A stretch of DNA of 64,000 nt from Takakia lepidozioides (lineage: Eukaryota; Plantae; Bryophyta). The notes under the pieces were generated by a model, which was given only the letters and a program-made list of their open reading frames with translations, did not search any database and was not told the DNA's origin. The stretch spans positions 20,212,001 to 20,276,000 of the forward strand of contig CM060732.1 in NCBI GenBank assembly GCA_030704615.1. Direction: 5' to 3'. The first letter of the stretch is position 1; every line of letters starts with the position of its first letter. The position numbers were made by a program, and so were the translations under genes. This document shows, piece by piece, positions 1 through 12,605 of the stretch.

Positions 1-1476
1 CCCCGGGTAGAGGAAGAAAGGCAAAGGGAAAAGATGTTGCTGGTGTTGTGGGGAAAGGAAGGGGTAGAGGGAAGGTGGCACAAGGGCAGGGAAGTGTTGC
101 AGATATTGGCCCAGTGGTGCATGTCCAGCAGACTCCACCGCATGGTAGGGGATCTGTGAGAAAGAACAAGGGGGTGGTTGATCCCAAGGACCCGTACCAG
201 GCAGTGGAACATCCCATGAGGGTCATTCGCCCTACCAGGTTGGAGATGGCCAACGTCGGGTTCCTTGCCATGATGGAGTCCAAGAAATCTGATTTCAAGG
301 GCGAGCCATCACCAGTGTGGGAGAGGATTGTGGAGTTCCTCGGCACGGTGCGTGTTCTCTTTTGCTTCTTCTATACTGTGGGCATGGATCGTTTCAATCC
401 TCTTGAGTATTCCATTGTAATTTTGTTTGCAGGCTAAAATGACCAAATCCTGGGTGAACGGGAAGGAGAAGCCATATGCAGCCGAACTCATCATCTTGGA
501 CATCCCTGATGGGTTGGCAGTCCCGGATGTCCCTCCATCGGGTGCTTGTCCGGGTTAGAATGCTTTTGATGAGCGCTACTGGCGGTGGGTTTTCTCCTTT
601 TGCAATTTTTTCCTGTCCGATGCAGGTTTTTTGGTGCTCATCCAGTCCATCGACGTTCGCTGTCGCTGTGCACTTGCCAGCTATTTGAAAGCCTCCGGCA
701 GGAGAGTCGTGAAGACATGGAATTGTGTGAACAGCATGTACCTTACGAAGGGGGATCGTCCGGGAGAGATGGTAAATTTGTCTTCTTCTTCATCTTCTTG
801 GTGGTTCTCGGATGGAGTTGTATAGGTTGTTCGAACTCATATGTAGGGGCCTGATTTTTTAAGCTTCTTAGTTCCTTGTGGATGTCCTGTTCGCAGACTC
901 GTTTGTTTGAAGCCGTTTGTCTCGTCCGAGTGCATCCACCAACGACTCCGGCCGCATTGCGGAGTTCGCCATCACTCATGGGGCAAGTTCATAGACGACA
1001 GGACAGATCCTCCCACGGATGACATGCACCACAACTACGTCGCTTGCGAAGGGGGAATGGGGTTCCTTGGAGAGGGGCGAGGGAGAGGAGCCCGACTTTC
1101 ATTCAAACGATTGTGGAGTGCTGCACCTACACAGACGCCAGAGTTCTGGATTTGTCAATGGGCATAGGTTCGTCTCTTCAACATTCACATTTCATGAGGT
1201 TTGATTGAGCTTGCACTTTCAGCACTTCCCACCGTTCCAAATGTGTCTTCAATGTCTGCTTCCTTCATTCTATTCAACTGCAGGTGCTTCGTACCACGCT
1301 TGCAAGGCCAGTGCGCGACATCTCTTTGGGATTGAAGGGGATGCTGAGATTTACAAGAACCTCCTGATGGGTTTGGGTGGACACACTTCTCAAGTCCTTC
1401 CGAAGCCCCGTCCCGCTGATATTGATACAGAGGAGACTTCCGACAAGGAGCTGGACTCCGACTTTGCCTGTGAGTA
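1..1476 (+). pseudogene. 3' part of a ParB-methyltransferase cargo gene (copy 0) from a further MULE copy; only the N4/N6-MTase half lies in the window
   Basis: Spliced translation gives LIILDIPDGLAVP (~487-525), KTWNCVNSMYL, PWRGARERSPTFIQTIVECCTYTDARVLDLSMGIG (~1064-1168) and ASYHACKASARHLFGIEGD...DFACE. These are collinear with the cargo genes of the three complete elements. GT-AG introns at ~349-432, 772-896 and 1168-1283. No right TIR is seen after ~1480. Confidence 0.85.
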
Positions 1477-1563
1477 AGTTCAACCTGTGGATGCTTGCAT
1501 TGTTGTTTCAATTAGAATCAGGGTGACCACCAACAGGGTTCCCATGAAGACCCACAGCAGGCC

Positions 1564-2055
1564 ATGCTTATGAGTTCCATAAGCAGAACACTCAATAGGG
1601 CATTCATGATACAATTCATTCATAACTTTGAACCTCAGACGAGAGTTACACAAGTGAGGGGAGTAGATATAGAGATTACTCCCCAATACTTGCAACAATT
1701 GTTTGAATTGCCATCAGGCCGTGTAAATGTGGATGAGCACAGGGCAAGATTGTAGATAGGCAATTTGTTCCAAGAAGGGAGTTTCTTTAAGACTCAGGGA
1801 TACACTTGCACCAAGGCCGAGTACCCAGGGTTAAAAGAGGTTGGTTAGGTTCTGAATGTTCTGTTTGCCATGAAACAGAACCAACAATACCTTAGCAGAT
1901 CATTCACGGAGGAGATACTGAAAGCCTTGAGGGGGAAAGATGTGGCTTGGGCGGACTTAATGTACAATGGTTTGGTGGAAGAGATGAAGCGATTACAAGG
2001 CACTGCTGCTAAGTCTCCGATCATTGTGTCTGGCCCAGTCATTGCCAAACTGATG
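1564..2055 (+). pseudogene. Retrotransposon accessory ORF (plant-transposon-protein-like), 5' piece, interrupted by MULE-1
   Basis: FIHNF...VRGVDIEITPQYLQQLFELP...KDVAWADLMYNGL resembles Gypsy accessory ORFs and has in-frame stops. It reads in frame across the TSD into 14514+ (GPVIA-KLM-RNEAGLEG). Confidence 0.6.
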
Positions 2056-2140
2056 GGGGGCTGCTATTTCATGAGCCATGAGCCATGAGCGGCATGAGCC
2101 ATGAGCAGAGTCGTAAGTGTGGAAAAAAACATGAGCAGCA
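2056..2140 (+). repeat. Left TIR/subterminal repeats of MULE-1 (catgagc units)
   Basis: catgagc repeated 6 times; inverse gctcatg units at 14402-14490. Confidence 0.85.
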
Positions 2141-2518
2141 CTATTTTCCGGAAATGAGTGTCCGCGGGAATAGGGTTTAGGGTGCCACGGTCATAGGGGG
2201 AGAAGGACCTCCCGATGAAGGAGGTTCGGCAATGTTATTTAGAATTATATATTGAAAGGCAATGTTTCGCGAATGGTAGGGTGGTACTGCTCTGTACAAT
2301 GGGGGCCCATTTCAGCCTACCAGCCACTTGCAAAATCCACCCACACTCCCAATCCCAAACGAAATGAGCAATGACGCATTCTGGGAACGATGGACACAGA
2401 ATAGAATAAAAAGAGGGCACAATGAGGTTTTTATTGATCCACATGAATTGCATTTGAAGCACGTCTACTGTGCTGATTGTGCAATCAAATCTTTAGCCCT
2501 GTGCCTACTGAATACAAG

Positions 2519-3289
2519 TCACGTTGTCAATGGGACTTCGACTGCTCTCAGAACTAGCTCATGAGTCATGGGGCTCCTCCAGGTAAAGTCGATTGCAGCC
2601 GTTGTACCGCCCCTAGTGATGTTCACCACAATGTCCTGCCCTTCAATCATACCACCATCGAATATGGAAATCTTCACGTTTTCGTCGTCCACACCAATGC
2701 GAATGTCCCCATACAATGGAGAAGAGGAGCGCACTCCTTCAGGAGAATAGGTCTCTCCGATGGAGTCCACCCACGTCCAGTGGCAGCAGTTCCACCGCAA
2801 CAGCATAGCAATGCGCCTTCTTCTGCATGGGTGACCGTCGTAGCTGGGAAAATCGGAATCGAGGATGCGCAGGAGCCACGGACTCCTCAGACCAAGATCG
2901 TCACCCCGCTCGAAGGCGTAGTGGCCTAGGATATACTCAAAAGCCACCAATGTTTCCACAATCAAACCAGTATCTTCTCTGTAATCTGTGTACCAGATAA
3001 CAATGTCTCCCGATGTGGCCGAATACATTGCATAATCGATGCCTCCAAATGGGTAGTCGTCCCGGTTCCGGAAGCACGGCATCCTTGCAAAGGAGGACCT
3101 GAGGACGACTTGGATGCCGATGACCTTGCGGACAGCTACGAAGCCCTTAGATTTTGGAAATGATGCGAAGCGGAAGAGCAGTCCGGCCTCCAATAATGGA
3201 GCATCTGGGTCCCACGTACCCACCGACGGAGGTGGAACGTGTTCATCACGCCAGCGGTGGATGAACCCATACATCTTTCTCATCAACAA
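2519..3289 (-). CDS. Orphan 256-aa ORF inside MULE-1, function unknown
   Basis: Uninterrupted ORF with globular-protein-like composition, between the palindrome array and the left TIR. No domain recognised. Confidence 0.45.
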   Translation of the reverse strand: MLMRKMYGFIHRWRDEHVPPPSVGTWDPDAPLLEAGLLFRFASFPKSKGFVAVRKVIGIQVVLRSSFARMPCFRNRDDYPFGGIDYAMYSATSGDIVIWYTDYREDTGLIVETLVAFEYILGHYAFERGDDLGLRSPWLLRILDSDFPSYDGHPCRRRRIAMLLRWNCCHWTWVDSIGETYSPEGVRSSSPLYGDIRIGVDDENVKISIFDGGMIEGQDIVVNITRGGTTAAIDFTWRSPMTHELVLRAVEVPLTT

Positions 3290-3331
3290 GTTATAGTTTG
3301 AGATCTGCCACCGAAGTCCATCCCCCGGATG

Positions 3332-3815
3332 GAAATTCGGCGCCGCATTTACATCGAAGAGGGGATGGACTTCGTCGTGTCCAATGGCTAATTGCGATGT
3401 CCGTTCTGGAAATGCGGTGCCGCATTTCCATGTCCGTCATCGACTTTTTTTTGACAATGGAATGCGGTGCCAATTTTTGCTGATGGGCCTGCAGTTCGAA
3501 CAATGACCATCCCCAATATCGAAATGCGGCACCGCATTTCCAATTCCGCCATCTCGACCTCCTTGTTTGACCTCCTTGTTCAACCTCTGTAAGCGTGGTG
3601 GCATCCATGCAATGAGCGGGAGAAGCCAAAACTGGCGTGTGGACAAAGGAAATTTTGGAAATGCGGCACCGCATTTCCAATCGGCCGATTACTTTTTACT
3701 ATGCCAACATTGAAATGGAAAATTTAGTCTCTCCCCTGTTTTGGAAATGCGGTGCCGCATTTCCAAAAGAGGTTCTTAGAGTTGCCAAAATTTTGGAAAT
3801 GCGGTGCCCCATTTC
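3332..3815. repeat. Array of 20-bp palindromes GAAATGCGG-(CA/TG)-CCGCATTTC, specific to MULE-1
   Basis: Copies at 3332, 3409, 3459, 3521, 3658, 3744 and 3796. Further copies at 5121, 6382, 7589 (introns) and 13905, 14003. Confidence 0.92.
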
Positions 3816-3952
3816 TGATTTTGGGAGCGTCGTGGTTTGGGCGATTGTGTGGGTGGAATGCACATTGGAGAGGGGTCACGAATGTCGGGGAGATTTTCCT
3901 TTATATACTCTGGAAGAGAATTTACATTTATAGAGACTTCATTAAAATTCTA

Positions 3953-6900
3953 TTAATCTTGAAAATCATCCGAATCCTCATCCTGTTCTAGACTGTCCTG
4001 CTCCACCTCCACCCCCTCAGTGCCTTTCTCATCTCCAGCGGACTGCTCGTTGGCCAGGCTTTCGAAAATCCCATCTTCCCCTTGCGGAACTGTCCATCTC
4101 ACCTCCGTTGGGTCGTCTTCCTCCCTGTCTGCGTCGCTCTCATCCGCTGAATCACATATGTACTTTCGTACCCGTCTACCTGTCTGAGCTGCTGCCAACT
4201 CTTTCCTTATCCTTCTGTCCTCCCTAGCCCTCTCCAAAATCTGCTCTACTTTACTGGGATTCTCACTTCTTCTAATCGCTGTATTTGCAAGTTTAGCTGC
4301 ATAACTAGGAAGGGAGTAGTCCCTCACCGGGCTCGTCATGAAGTTGGCCCTCGCAAAGAACGGGACATTCTTCCTGGCAGGAAGTGTAGGCCCTACATGT
4401 TTCGACCCGGACCCTGCAATCCTGCACATGACAATCATCAACGAGACTAATGAGAACCACAGTCGGGAAATTCGTTTGACAAAAATGACCTAGAAGGCTT
4501 TGCAAACTTACAATGTTTGCACTCACTCGTATTCCGGGTTCTCCTCCGCATCAATGTCCACTGTGTCTTCCTCGGACTCCGACGAATCCGAGGAGACTTC
4601 CGCTCTGTTGGGAGCCTTAACATTCCGTTGCAGCCCTTCCAGATGGGATCCCCACACGGATGAATCCTCCTCGTAGGCAAAGAGGTGCCGGTCGGAAAAC
4701 CGCCCAGCCCACATTGAGGCACCTGTTACAATGCCATCCACACATTACCACATGGCGCTTCAGATGTTGTGAACTACATCCTAACGAGAATTTGCAGAAC
4801 AGCATAGATCAAGATTCTGCATACCTGTCCCACAGATGAGGTCGAGCACTGTGCCCTCCACGTCTGTGCATGTCTCCATAATTGTCTGAATGAAGGCAGG
4901 GCTCCGAGTCCGTGAGTACCGCAGGGGTTCCGTTGAAGTGAGGCTATGAGGGAGAAGTTCCTTGGGAACGTTGTTGAACAGAACGTCGTAATCAAGGGGG
5001 TCGCAGTTCGGGTCAACCTTTCCTCCCTCCTTCCGGAAAGCAAAGGTGGAGTTCTCCTTCACAAAGCAATATGCATCGAACTGCTTCGTCTGCATACACA
5101 GGGGGGAACGATTAGAAACCGAATGCGGCACCGCATTTGAAAACACCCAAGCAAATGAATGGACGAGTGCCAGTGTCGTAATCACCTTATTCCCTTCCGA
5201 CCAAAGGCCCAGTGTGTTGATGCACGTCCACTTCTTTTTCAGAATCGGGACGGCGCTCTTGCGGGTCCACTTCGCAATTCCTGTCTGAGTGTTTTTTCCT
5301 CTGCTCGTCAGGACAACCACACAGCCTCTGTCGTCCAACACCATGCGGGCAAGCCCAAATCCTTTCTTCCAAAAGTCCTCCGAGTACCTGTTCCAAGATG
5401 GCAAAGCTTGCAGTCCTTCCACAGGCTCTCCGTCCGGAATATCCAAGATGATCATATTGCAAGACCACTCGGTGGCATTTCCGCCCCTCCTACAATCCTT
5501 GTCTGCACACACCCTCTCAAAGAACGAGACCATATTCTGAAATCCTGGGGTGTCGGAAGGCTCTTCGGCAGTCGCCTTCTTCAGTGCTCTGCCCTTCAAA
5601 CCCTCCATGGTCTTCATGTATGCCAACTTGGTTGCCCGTCCATCCAAAACCGCCAAGAAACTCTCATTTACACACTGGACTACTGTTTCGGGAGCCACTT
5701 TTGGCCTCTTCATTTCCACCGGCTTGAAAGGGTGCCCCCCTGGGGAGTTGAAGAGTGCCTTCTTTGCCGAGCTTGTTCTCGTGCCTCTCGTGACAACGGT
5801 GGGCACAGGGGAGGCAGCCTGCGTTTGGGGGGGTGGGCTGGTTGCAAAGTCTCCATCGGAGTCCTCTTCCTCACCCTCTTCCTGAACAGGCTGTTTCTGC
5901 TTCTTCGTTTTGGCGGGTGTCACAACAGCTGCTCCTTGCTAGCGAGTCCTCTTCTTCGACCCCTTCTGTTGGGCCTGCACAGCTGCATCCACCGTCTTTT
6001 GTGCCATCTCAGCTGCCTTTCTGGATTCTTCCAGAGCAGCAGATTCCTTTGCCGACTTTGGCCCAGCAGGGACACGTCTTTCCTTTCTCTTCTCTTCTGC
6101 CAAGGCGTGCAGATCTTTCTCAAACTCGTCAACAATACCGCCAGACATATCCAGGTACCAGGGGCATCCAACGAGATGCGCGGGATGCCATTGTTTCTGC
6201 ATCTCGGGTGTGTAGACACAGCTTGGGCCCGCCACGGTCCAAGCCATGAAGAATGGGGGCTCTTGAGCCAGGGCCCCTGTCTGAAGGAGCACGTATTTCA
6301 TATACCTGCAAGGCAGTCAGCATGCGTGAGCATAAGATTGGACGAACCTACTCGCAGAGTGCCACCGAAAACATAAAATGCGAATGCGGTGCCGCATTTC
6401 CGAGACAAACCTCGTAACCAGGCTTTGCATACAAGGGCAGCTGTGCTTCACCTGTAAACAATTTGCATTGCAGCTTTCCCCGCTCCCTCCTGATGTGTAA
6501 ACTCCACGCTCCTTCTTGCTGTCTGTAGCTCTCTGGCGAAGAGGTTGTCCTTGTACGCACATCTGAAACGTGTCACGTAGTCTTCCAATGTCTGTGTTCC
6601 ATCCCATTTGACGTACAAGTCGAACGAATTTGTGTGCATTACGACTTGCTCCTTCGCATTCGACATTACCTGCGATTCCCAAATGCATTGTCACGTAGCA
6701 GTTCAGGGAATTCATTTCAGAAAAGCAAATCTAGGGAAGTACCTTGAATTACCTGGAACCACCAAGTCATGCGGTTGAGCCACACATCCACTGCAGGGTC
6801 GGAAACTTCGAGTGGAAAAGACCACATTGTCCTTATGCTCTCGGATGCATTCCAGATCGACAGCCACCATGTCTGCCATTTCCGATCCAATGTCAGGAGC

Positions 6901-9163
6901 TGGAAGAGAGTGGCTATTGCTAGGAAGGAACTTCAGTGCATTGAAACCTCACCTTCTCTTTCGCCTCAACACATGCCGTTGAGAGGTGATGCAGTTTCTC
7001 CAATTGCATGGTCGGCTGCATGGCCCGAGAATAGTGTTTTGCAATCTCGGGGATGAAGTCCTTTCCAAGTGCCGGATCTGCAATTGCCACCAGCTTCACA
7101 AGCTTTGACTTGTATTTGGTTCTGGACTTGACACCGGCTTCCTTCAAGTGCTCAGTCAATGACTGCAACGTTTTGACCTGTCCCTCACTTTCCATGAAGA
7201 AGCGTTTGGCATGGGCCAAATCCAGCTTGATGTTTGACAGCCAACAAAAACATGTAGAAGCATTACATTAGATTCATGTGGAAAGATTACTGGAAATTGG
7301 GGAAGGATGAGCAGAGGGAAATTGGAGGACGACTTACTTCGTATATCACCTCCACCATTCCATCCATAGTGAGACGATACCATGTCCGGTCTGTTTTTGC
7401 AACGGCTTTCTGAATGAGCTCGGGCTCCAACATTTCCGCAAACATCTGCGGATCAGTGAGACCAGTTTTCCTCACCCTGTACAACATATGTGCCATGTGG
7501 GTATGCACGTACGCATTCTCAATGACCCTGCAAGGCACACTCTCCAGTTCAGTACACGGAAGCACGGAAACAAACCAGAATGGAAACCGAAATGCGGCAC
7601 CGCATTTCGAACGTGCTAGGGAGGGTATGAGTATCTTACGAGTTGAGGTCCGCCATGGCATTCTTGAGCAGGGAGGAGTCTGCCGCCTTCACCTTGAGGA
7701 TGACACACTCCACCATGTCATGTCAGCCAATGTGCTTGGCATGGTTCTGCTTGATGTATTCCCACCAGGCAAGAAGTCGGTGATTCCCGTCCCACACAAA
7801 GAACATTTTACCTGACATATGGCCGAAGTCTGGATCACCCTTCAGCGTCACCTCGAATTCGTCGTTGCGAGTGTGCCAGTGGGTATCCCACGTTGACAAT
7901 TCATCGGCAGTGGGTCCACGAGTTTCGCCGTCCTCATTCTCAATGGAAACGTAAAACGCTGCCGATCCCAGACGGTACCCTTCTCGAAATGCGAACTTCA
8001 GCTTATCCACATCTCCGGGAAGGGCCTGCCTGACGATGGGAAGGGAGACCATGCGACAGAGTGGGATTCGAAGAGTCCGCTGGAATACCCTGCTACCCAG
8101 AACTCTGCCAATGCTATTGTGTGTCTCCTCCAACATTTTATCCGCTGCACTTTTGAAATCCTCTGGAGACATGTCTGTAGGTGCCAGTAGTGGCTGAGCA
8201 GCTGGAGCATCCTCAATTGGAGCTGCACTCTGGGGCCTGTTTGTGGGCAATTCTTCCATTGCAGAGGCCTCCTCCAGGCCTGCTTGCTCATCGGTGGTGA
8301 GGTCTTGCTGCGAACGTTCAGCGGCAGCACCCTCCTCCGGTACCAAATCGACAAAAACGGTCGATCCCATTGCCTTCGCTGCAGCAGAGACGGCCCCAAC
8401 AACTGCAGGCGGGAAATCCTCCAGGAACTGAGCTTCAGCTCGTGGAAGCAATTTTGCGGGAGATTGTTCGGCCGTCGCCCTGATTGCCTTCTCCTTCCTC
8501 ATCCTTGCAGGTGAAGGTGTCTGCTGCAATTGAATCTGTCTTTTACCCCGCTGCTTCATTCGCGTTGGGGGGGGTGAATCGGCCTGAGCCGGTTCAGAAA
8601 CCAGTAGAGGGACGGGCTGCTTCTTCTTCGACTTTGCTGGAGAAGGGCCCGACCCCTGCTGGCGATTCTCCATGACCGAAGAACGCGAGTCGATCTCTGG
8701 GGCTTTGAACTTGCCCTTCGAAGCCGCGTCTTTGAAACGCACAGGGCTAGGCCCGGCAGGAATACCCGCGCTCGGGGATCGGGTGGATGTACGTGCTGCA
8801 GCTAGCTCCTCGGACTCTTCCTGCGGCTCTTCGGATTCCTGCGATCCCTCCAGCACGTCCACCTTTCCTGTTAGGCATGCAAACATGTTCTGCATTCAAG
8901 TCTCCTAGCATTCAGTCTAAGAATTACAGAAGCAAAATGGGGGGTTCGGTGCTCGATCAGCTGCGCGCCGCCCGATCGCATGGAGCTCTCACTGGTGGCT
9001 GGGTTGCCGGAGTGGCCTGCTGCTCGGAGATGGCAATCTCCTCCTGTAGACGCATCTGCTTCCTCCGCTTTGGCATTGGCCTACGTCCGAAGTATAATTT
9101 TCGGAGCTTGCGACGAGGTCTCCTGTCTGGTGCACGAACTCCCCCCCTCTCAGGTTTGAGCAT
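3953..9163 (-). pseudogene. MULE-1 cargo gene: ParB/Srx-like domain plus beta-class N4C/N6A DNA methyltransferase-like domain, multi-exon
   Basis: Exon ORFs 7723-8895 (IPLCRMVSLPIVRQ...FFVWDGNHRLLAW), 7287-7661, 6920-7219, 6448-6666, 5939-6301, 4781-5923 (MIILDIPDG; TRSPAFIQTIMETCT...VLDLICGTG), 4523-4741 (GASMWAGRFSDRHLFAYEED) and last exon in 3953-4441. GT-AG introns. Premature stop at 7723 and frameshifts. Start codon uncertain. Confidence 0.85.
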
Positions 9164-9435
9164 GAGAAGAACAGAGACAGGGAAAAGGGGCAAAGAGTGC
9201 AGATGGAATGGGCGCGAGAGGGGTGACTGAGGAGACACGACAAAAGTAGATGAAATGGCGGTGATGCACCACTTGGGTTCGAAAGGGTTGGACGAAAGTG
9301 TCTCCTCGTGGACTTTGCGTCATTACGAAATTCGAATCGTTCAGGGTACGCCTGCCGTCCGAAAAACAAACATCATTATCCAACGGTCAGGCCGCACCGC
9401 CTCATGCCACTTCAATCAGATAGAGTGCCGACAAG

Positions 9436-11826
9436 TACAGCTTCCCTTCCCGCAATTTTTGGAACACCCTTTTGAGGTGCTCCAGGTGCTCCTCCTTTGT
9501 TTTCGAGTACACCAAGATGTCGTCGATGTACACGATCACAAAGTCATCCAACCACTCCTAGAAAAGGCTGTTCATCAGCGTGCTAAATGTCGCTGGTGCA
9601 TTGGTGAGCCCAAAAGGCATCACCAAGAACTCGTATGAACCATACCTTGTCCTGCACGCGGTCTTCTCCTCATCTCCTTCCGCCACCCGAATTTGGTGAT
9701 AGCCGGAGCGCAAGTCGATCCGGCTGAAATACTTCGCTCCTGCCAACCGATCAAAGAGGTCGTCGATCCTTGGCAAAGGGTACCGGTTTTTGATAGTCAC
9801 CTTATTCAGAGCCCTGTAATCAACACACATCCGCAGCGTCCCATCCTTCTTGTCTGCAAATAGCACCGGGGCTCCGTAAGGTGACTTACTCGGCCGGATG
9901 TACCCCTTTGACATTAGATCCTTGAGCTGAGTCTTCAGCTCGACCAACTCTCTGTGGCTCAACCGGTAGGGCGCCTTGGCAGGCGGTTCCGATGCCGGTA
10001 TCACCTCAATCTTGTGGTCAACTCCTCTTCGCGGTGGCAAGCCGCTTGGTAAATCCTCCGGCATCACATCCTGGTATTTCTCCAAAATCCCCTTGATCCA
10101 ATCTGGGCTCGGCTCCCCATCGCCTTCTCCTTTCACTTCTCTAATGTAAAGCAAAAACTGGGGCTCGTGTGCCTCCTCCACGGCCCACTCCCTTGCTGAT
10201 AGAATGTTTATTAGCCCTCCCACGGATTTGGGCGTTTCTGACACTCGTAAGACCTCGCCACCATTCCCACATGGCAGCGTGACTACTCTCTTGCGGCCAT
10301 CTATGACCGCTCCGGATTTGCTCAGAAAGGTCATCCCCAAAATGAGATCCACTCCATCGATCTCGCAGATGGTGAAGTTCTCACGTCCCTCCCAACTCCC
10401 CAGTTGAAGAGGAACATCAAACGCCAACCTTGTCGCGAACTGTGGTTCTCCTTTGGCAGAACGCACCTCAATAGAGGCCCCCACGTCACTTGTCGGGAGT
10501 CCCAACTTTCGCGCCGTCGCCGGCGTCATGAAGGAGTGCGACGCTCCTGTGTCCACCAACAACGACACGTTAGTTCCGGATATTATCCCTTCCACGAACA
10601 ATAACTGACTCTCTTTACGCAGGGCGCCAGTTTCCTGATACAACTCACAAGAATAGTTGCCTACCTTGCAAGTCCTGGCAACCACCGCTTCCACCAAGCA
10701 ACTGATGGTATCTTCCGACAGCTCCGTGGTTGCCCGAATCATGTTCAATTGACGAGGTTTTGTGCACTTCTTGGCCATGTGCCCGGGCTCCCCGCAATTG
10801 AAACACACTCCATCAAAGGTCGCCTTCTGTCCGCCATAAGCCGCTCCACCCGCTTTTCCTTTCGAAGCACCGAGTGCCGCCTTGACGTGTGAAGGTCCTC
10901 CCTTCGATTTCCACGTGCCATTATCGCCGCGTGGCCTATCCCACTTCTTTTCCGGTCGGAAGGAGTCACCTTCCCGCCGGGTCTTCTTGTGGTTCAGCTC
11001 CGTACGGCCTTGTCTCTCACCCTTAGGGACATCTGAGAAACATTCAGCCCTCTCAATTGCCTCGTTCAAAGTCTTGGGTGGCTTCTCCTCCAACTTCCGC
11101 CTGGCCCATGGGGCCAGTCCCGCCACAAAGTTGAAGACCATTTCTGGTTCTGCCATGTCCGCGACTTCGAGCAACAGCACATTGAAAGCCTGGACATACC
11201 CCCGAATGTCATATGTTTGCTTTAAATTCCTCATCTTGTCCCGGGCAAGCCAGGACGCGTTGAGGGGCACAAACCGTCTCTTCATCAATTCCTTGAACCC
11301 ACTCCAGTTCAAGGTTTCCGGACTTGGACCTCGGTCGTGAAGGCGTTTCTGCCACCATTGTTGAGCATAGCCCCTCAAATAGGTGGGAGCCACTTCCACG
11401 CAATCCTCGTCACTCAACTTGGCCGCCCGGAAGTACTGCTCCAGCTCCAAGAGCCAGGTGTTGAGTGCCTTCCGATTTCGGACGCCCTCAAAGGTGCCGG
11501 GTTCCTTAGGCTTCACCTTAAACTTTGCTTTAGTGGAAGTGGCATTAGCCGCCTTCAACACGTCTTTCAACGTCCAGCCAAACTGCGCCAACAACCCTTC
11601 CCAAAAGGCTGCCGGCATGGGAGGCATCTCTTGGTTTGTCGGAACTCTCAAGGATTCCTCGGGCTCCGACTCCTCGGATTCCTCCCGCTCTTGGGCGGCC
11701 TCGTTTTCGGAAACATGCATCGCTTCCTCAAACGGCCACCTCGGTGACACGTCGCCCCCATCGGGCTCACCGGGATCATCATCTTTTGGGCTGTTCCGCT
11801 TTCGCTTCGGCTTGCCCGACCCCATG
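9436..11826 (-). pseudogene. gag-protease-RT polyprotein, truncated
   Basis: ORF 9558-11879. The stop at 9558 is TAG where the paralogous fragment at ~61574 has CAG. The YIDD motif follows past the stop. Confidence 0.9.
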
Positions 11827-11866
11827 ATGAGGCCAATCCCAAGGACGATCGCGTACTGAACTCTAA

Positions 11867-11878
11867 GCTCTGATACCA
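11867..11878 (-). other. Primer-binding site (tRNA-iMet) TGGTATCAGAGC
   Basis: gctctgatacca on the + strand, 2 nt from the LTR edge. Confidence 0.92.
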
Positions 11879-11880
11879 AG

Positions 11881-12605
11881 TGTCGCGCACCTCAATTCGG
11901 TAAGCTCCCCCTCAAGTCATAGTTACTCGCTTTGATGCGCGCGCCTGACTCCCAACCGGCCGCCGGGCCAACTTGGAGCTTCGGCTGCTCACCGGGACAT
12001 AACGGTCCCCCCTTTGCTCTCCCGAAAGACCCTCCACCTATTTGGGCCTAGTGGAATTCCCTTTGGTAGTTGGCAGTCCGGAACAGCTCCCCACTCTTTG
12101 GTCGCTTTCCGGCTCGCTCGCTTACTCACTAGTTTTTGGTCACCAACGGGCTTGCACCGTTCTCGGGGTTACTACTCCCTATATATACTTCTGTAGCTGT
12201 CCACGGGGGTTTCACAACCAGCCATGCCATTTTATGGCGAACCACCACAGAGACCCTCGATTCCCGGTGGTGAGTCGCGGTGAGTCTTGGCCCACTCACC
12301 GCGGCCCCAATGGACCGTGATGAGTCCCAAGACTCCCCACGACTCCCACCTCGAGGTCTCCACCCCATGGTGAGTCCTATGCTACCCCCACTAAGTCCCG
12401 CTAAGCTACCACCACCCCTTGTGGAGCCACCCCCACCGCAACCCGGTGTGCGGGGCTCCACCTAGTGAGTGCCTCCGCCTCCTTGAGTGCCTTGGGCACT
12501 CAAGGGTGCTTCAGCCCCCCATACCTATCGCTGCCACTGCCCCCACCATAGGGGCAGCCCCTCATGTGTCCCGACCCCCTGCCCTCACGACAAAGGGCCG
12601 CGACA
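11881..12605 (-). repeat. 5' LTR of the Gypsy element
   Basis: Terminal inverted tgtcgcg...cgcgaca. Adjacent to the PBS. MULE transposase sequence resumes immediately after 12605. Confidence 0.8.

Larger units (their letters stand above)
9436..12605 (-). mobile_element. Ty3/Gypsy LTR retrotransposon, 3'-truncated, nested in MULE-1
   Basis: 5' LTR 11881-12605, PBS, gag with CCHC knuckle ([14 protein letters not shown]), protease (LVDTGAS) and RT ([19 protein letters not shown]). RT breaks off at ~9436. No RNase H, integrase or 3' LTR. Confidence 0.92.

Noticed and set aside
5159-6376. 405-aa plus-strand ORF, and similar ORFs such as 19843-20631, 43880-44524 and 50328-50933
   Set aside because: Antisense shadows of real coding exons on the other strand, with no independent motifs.
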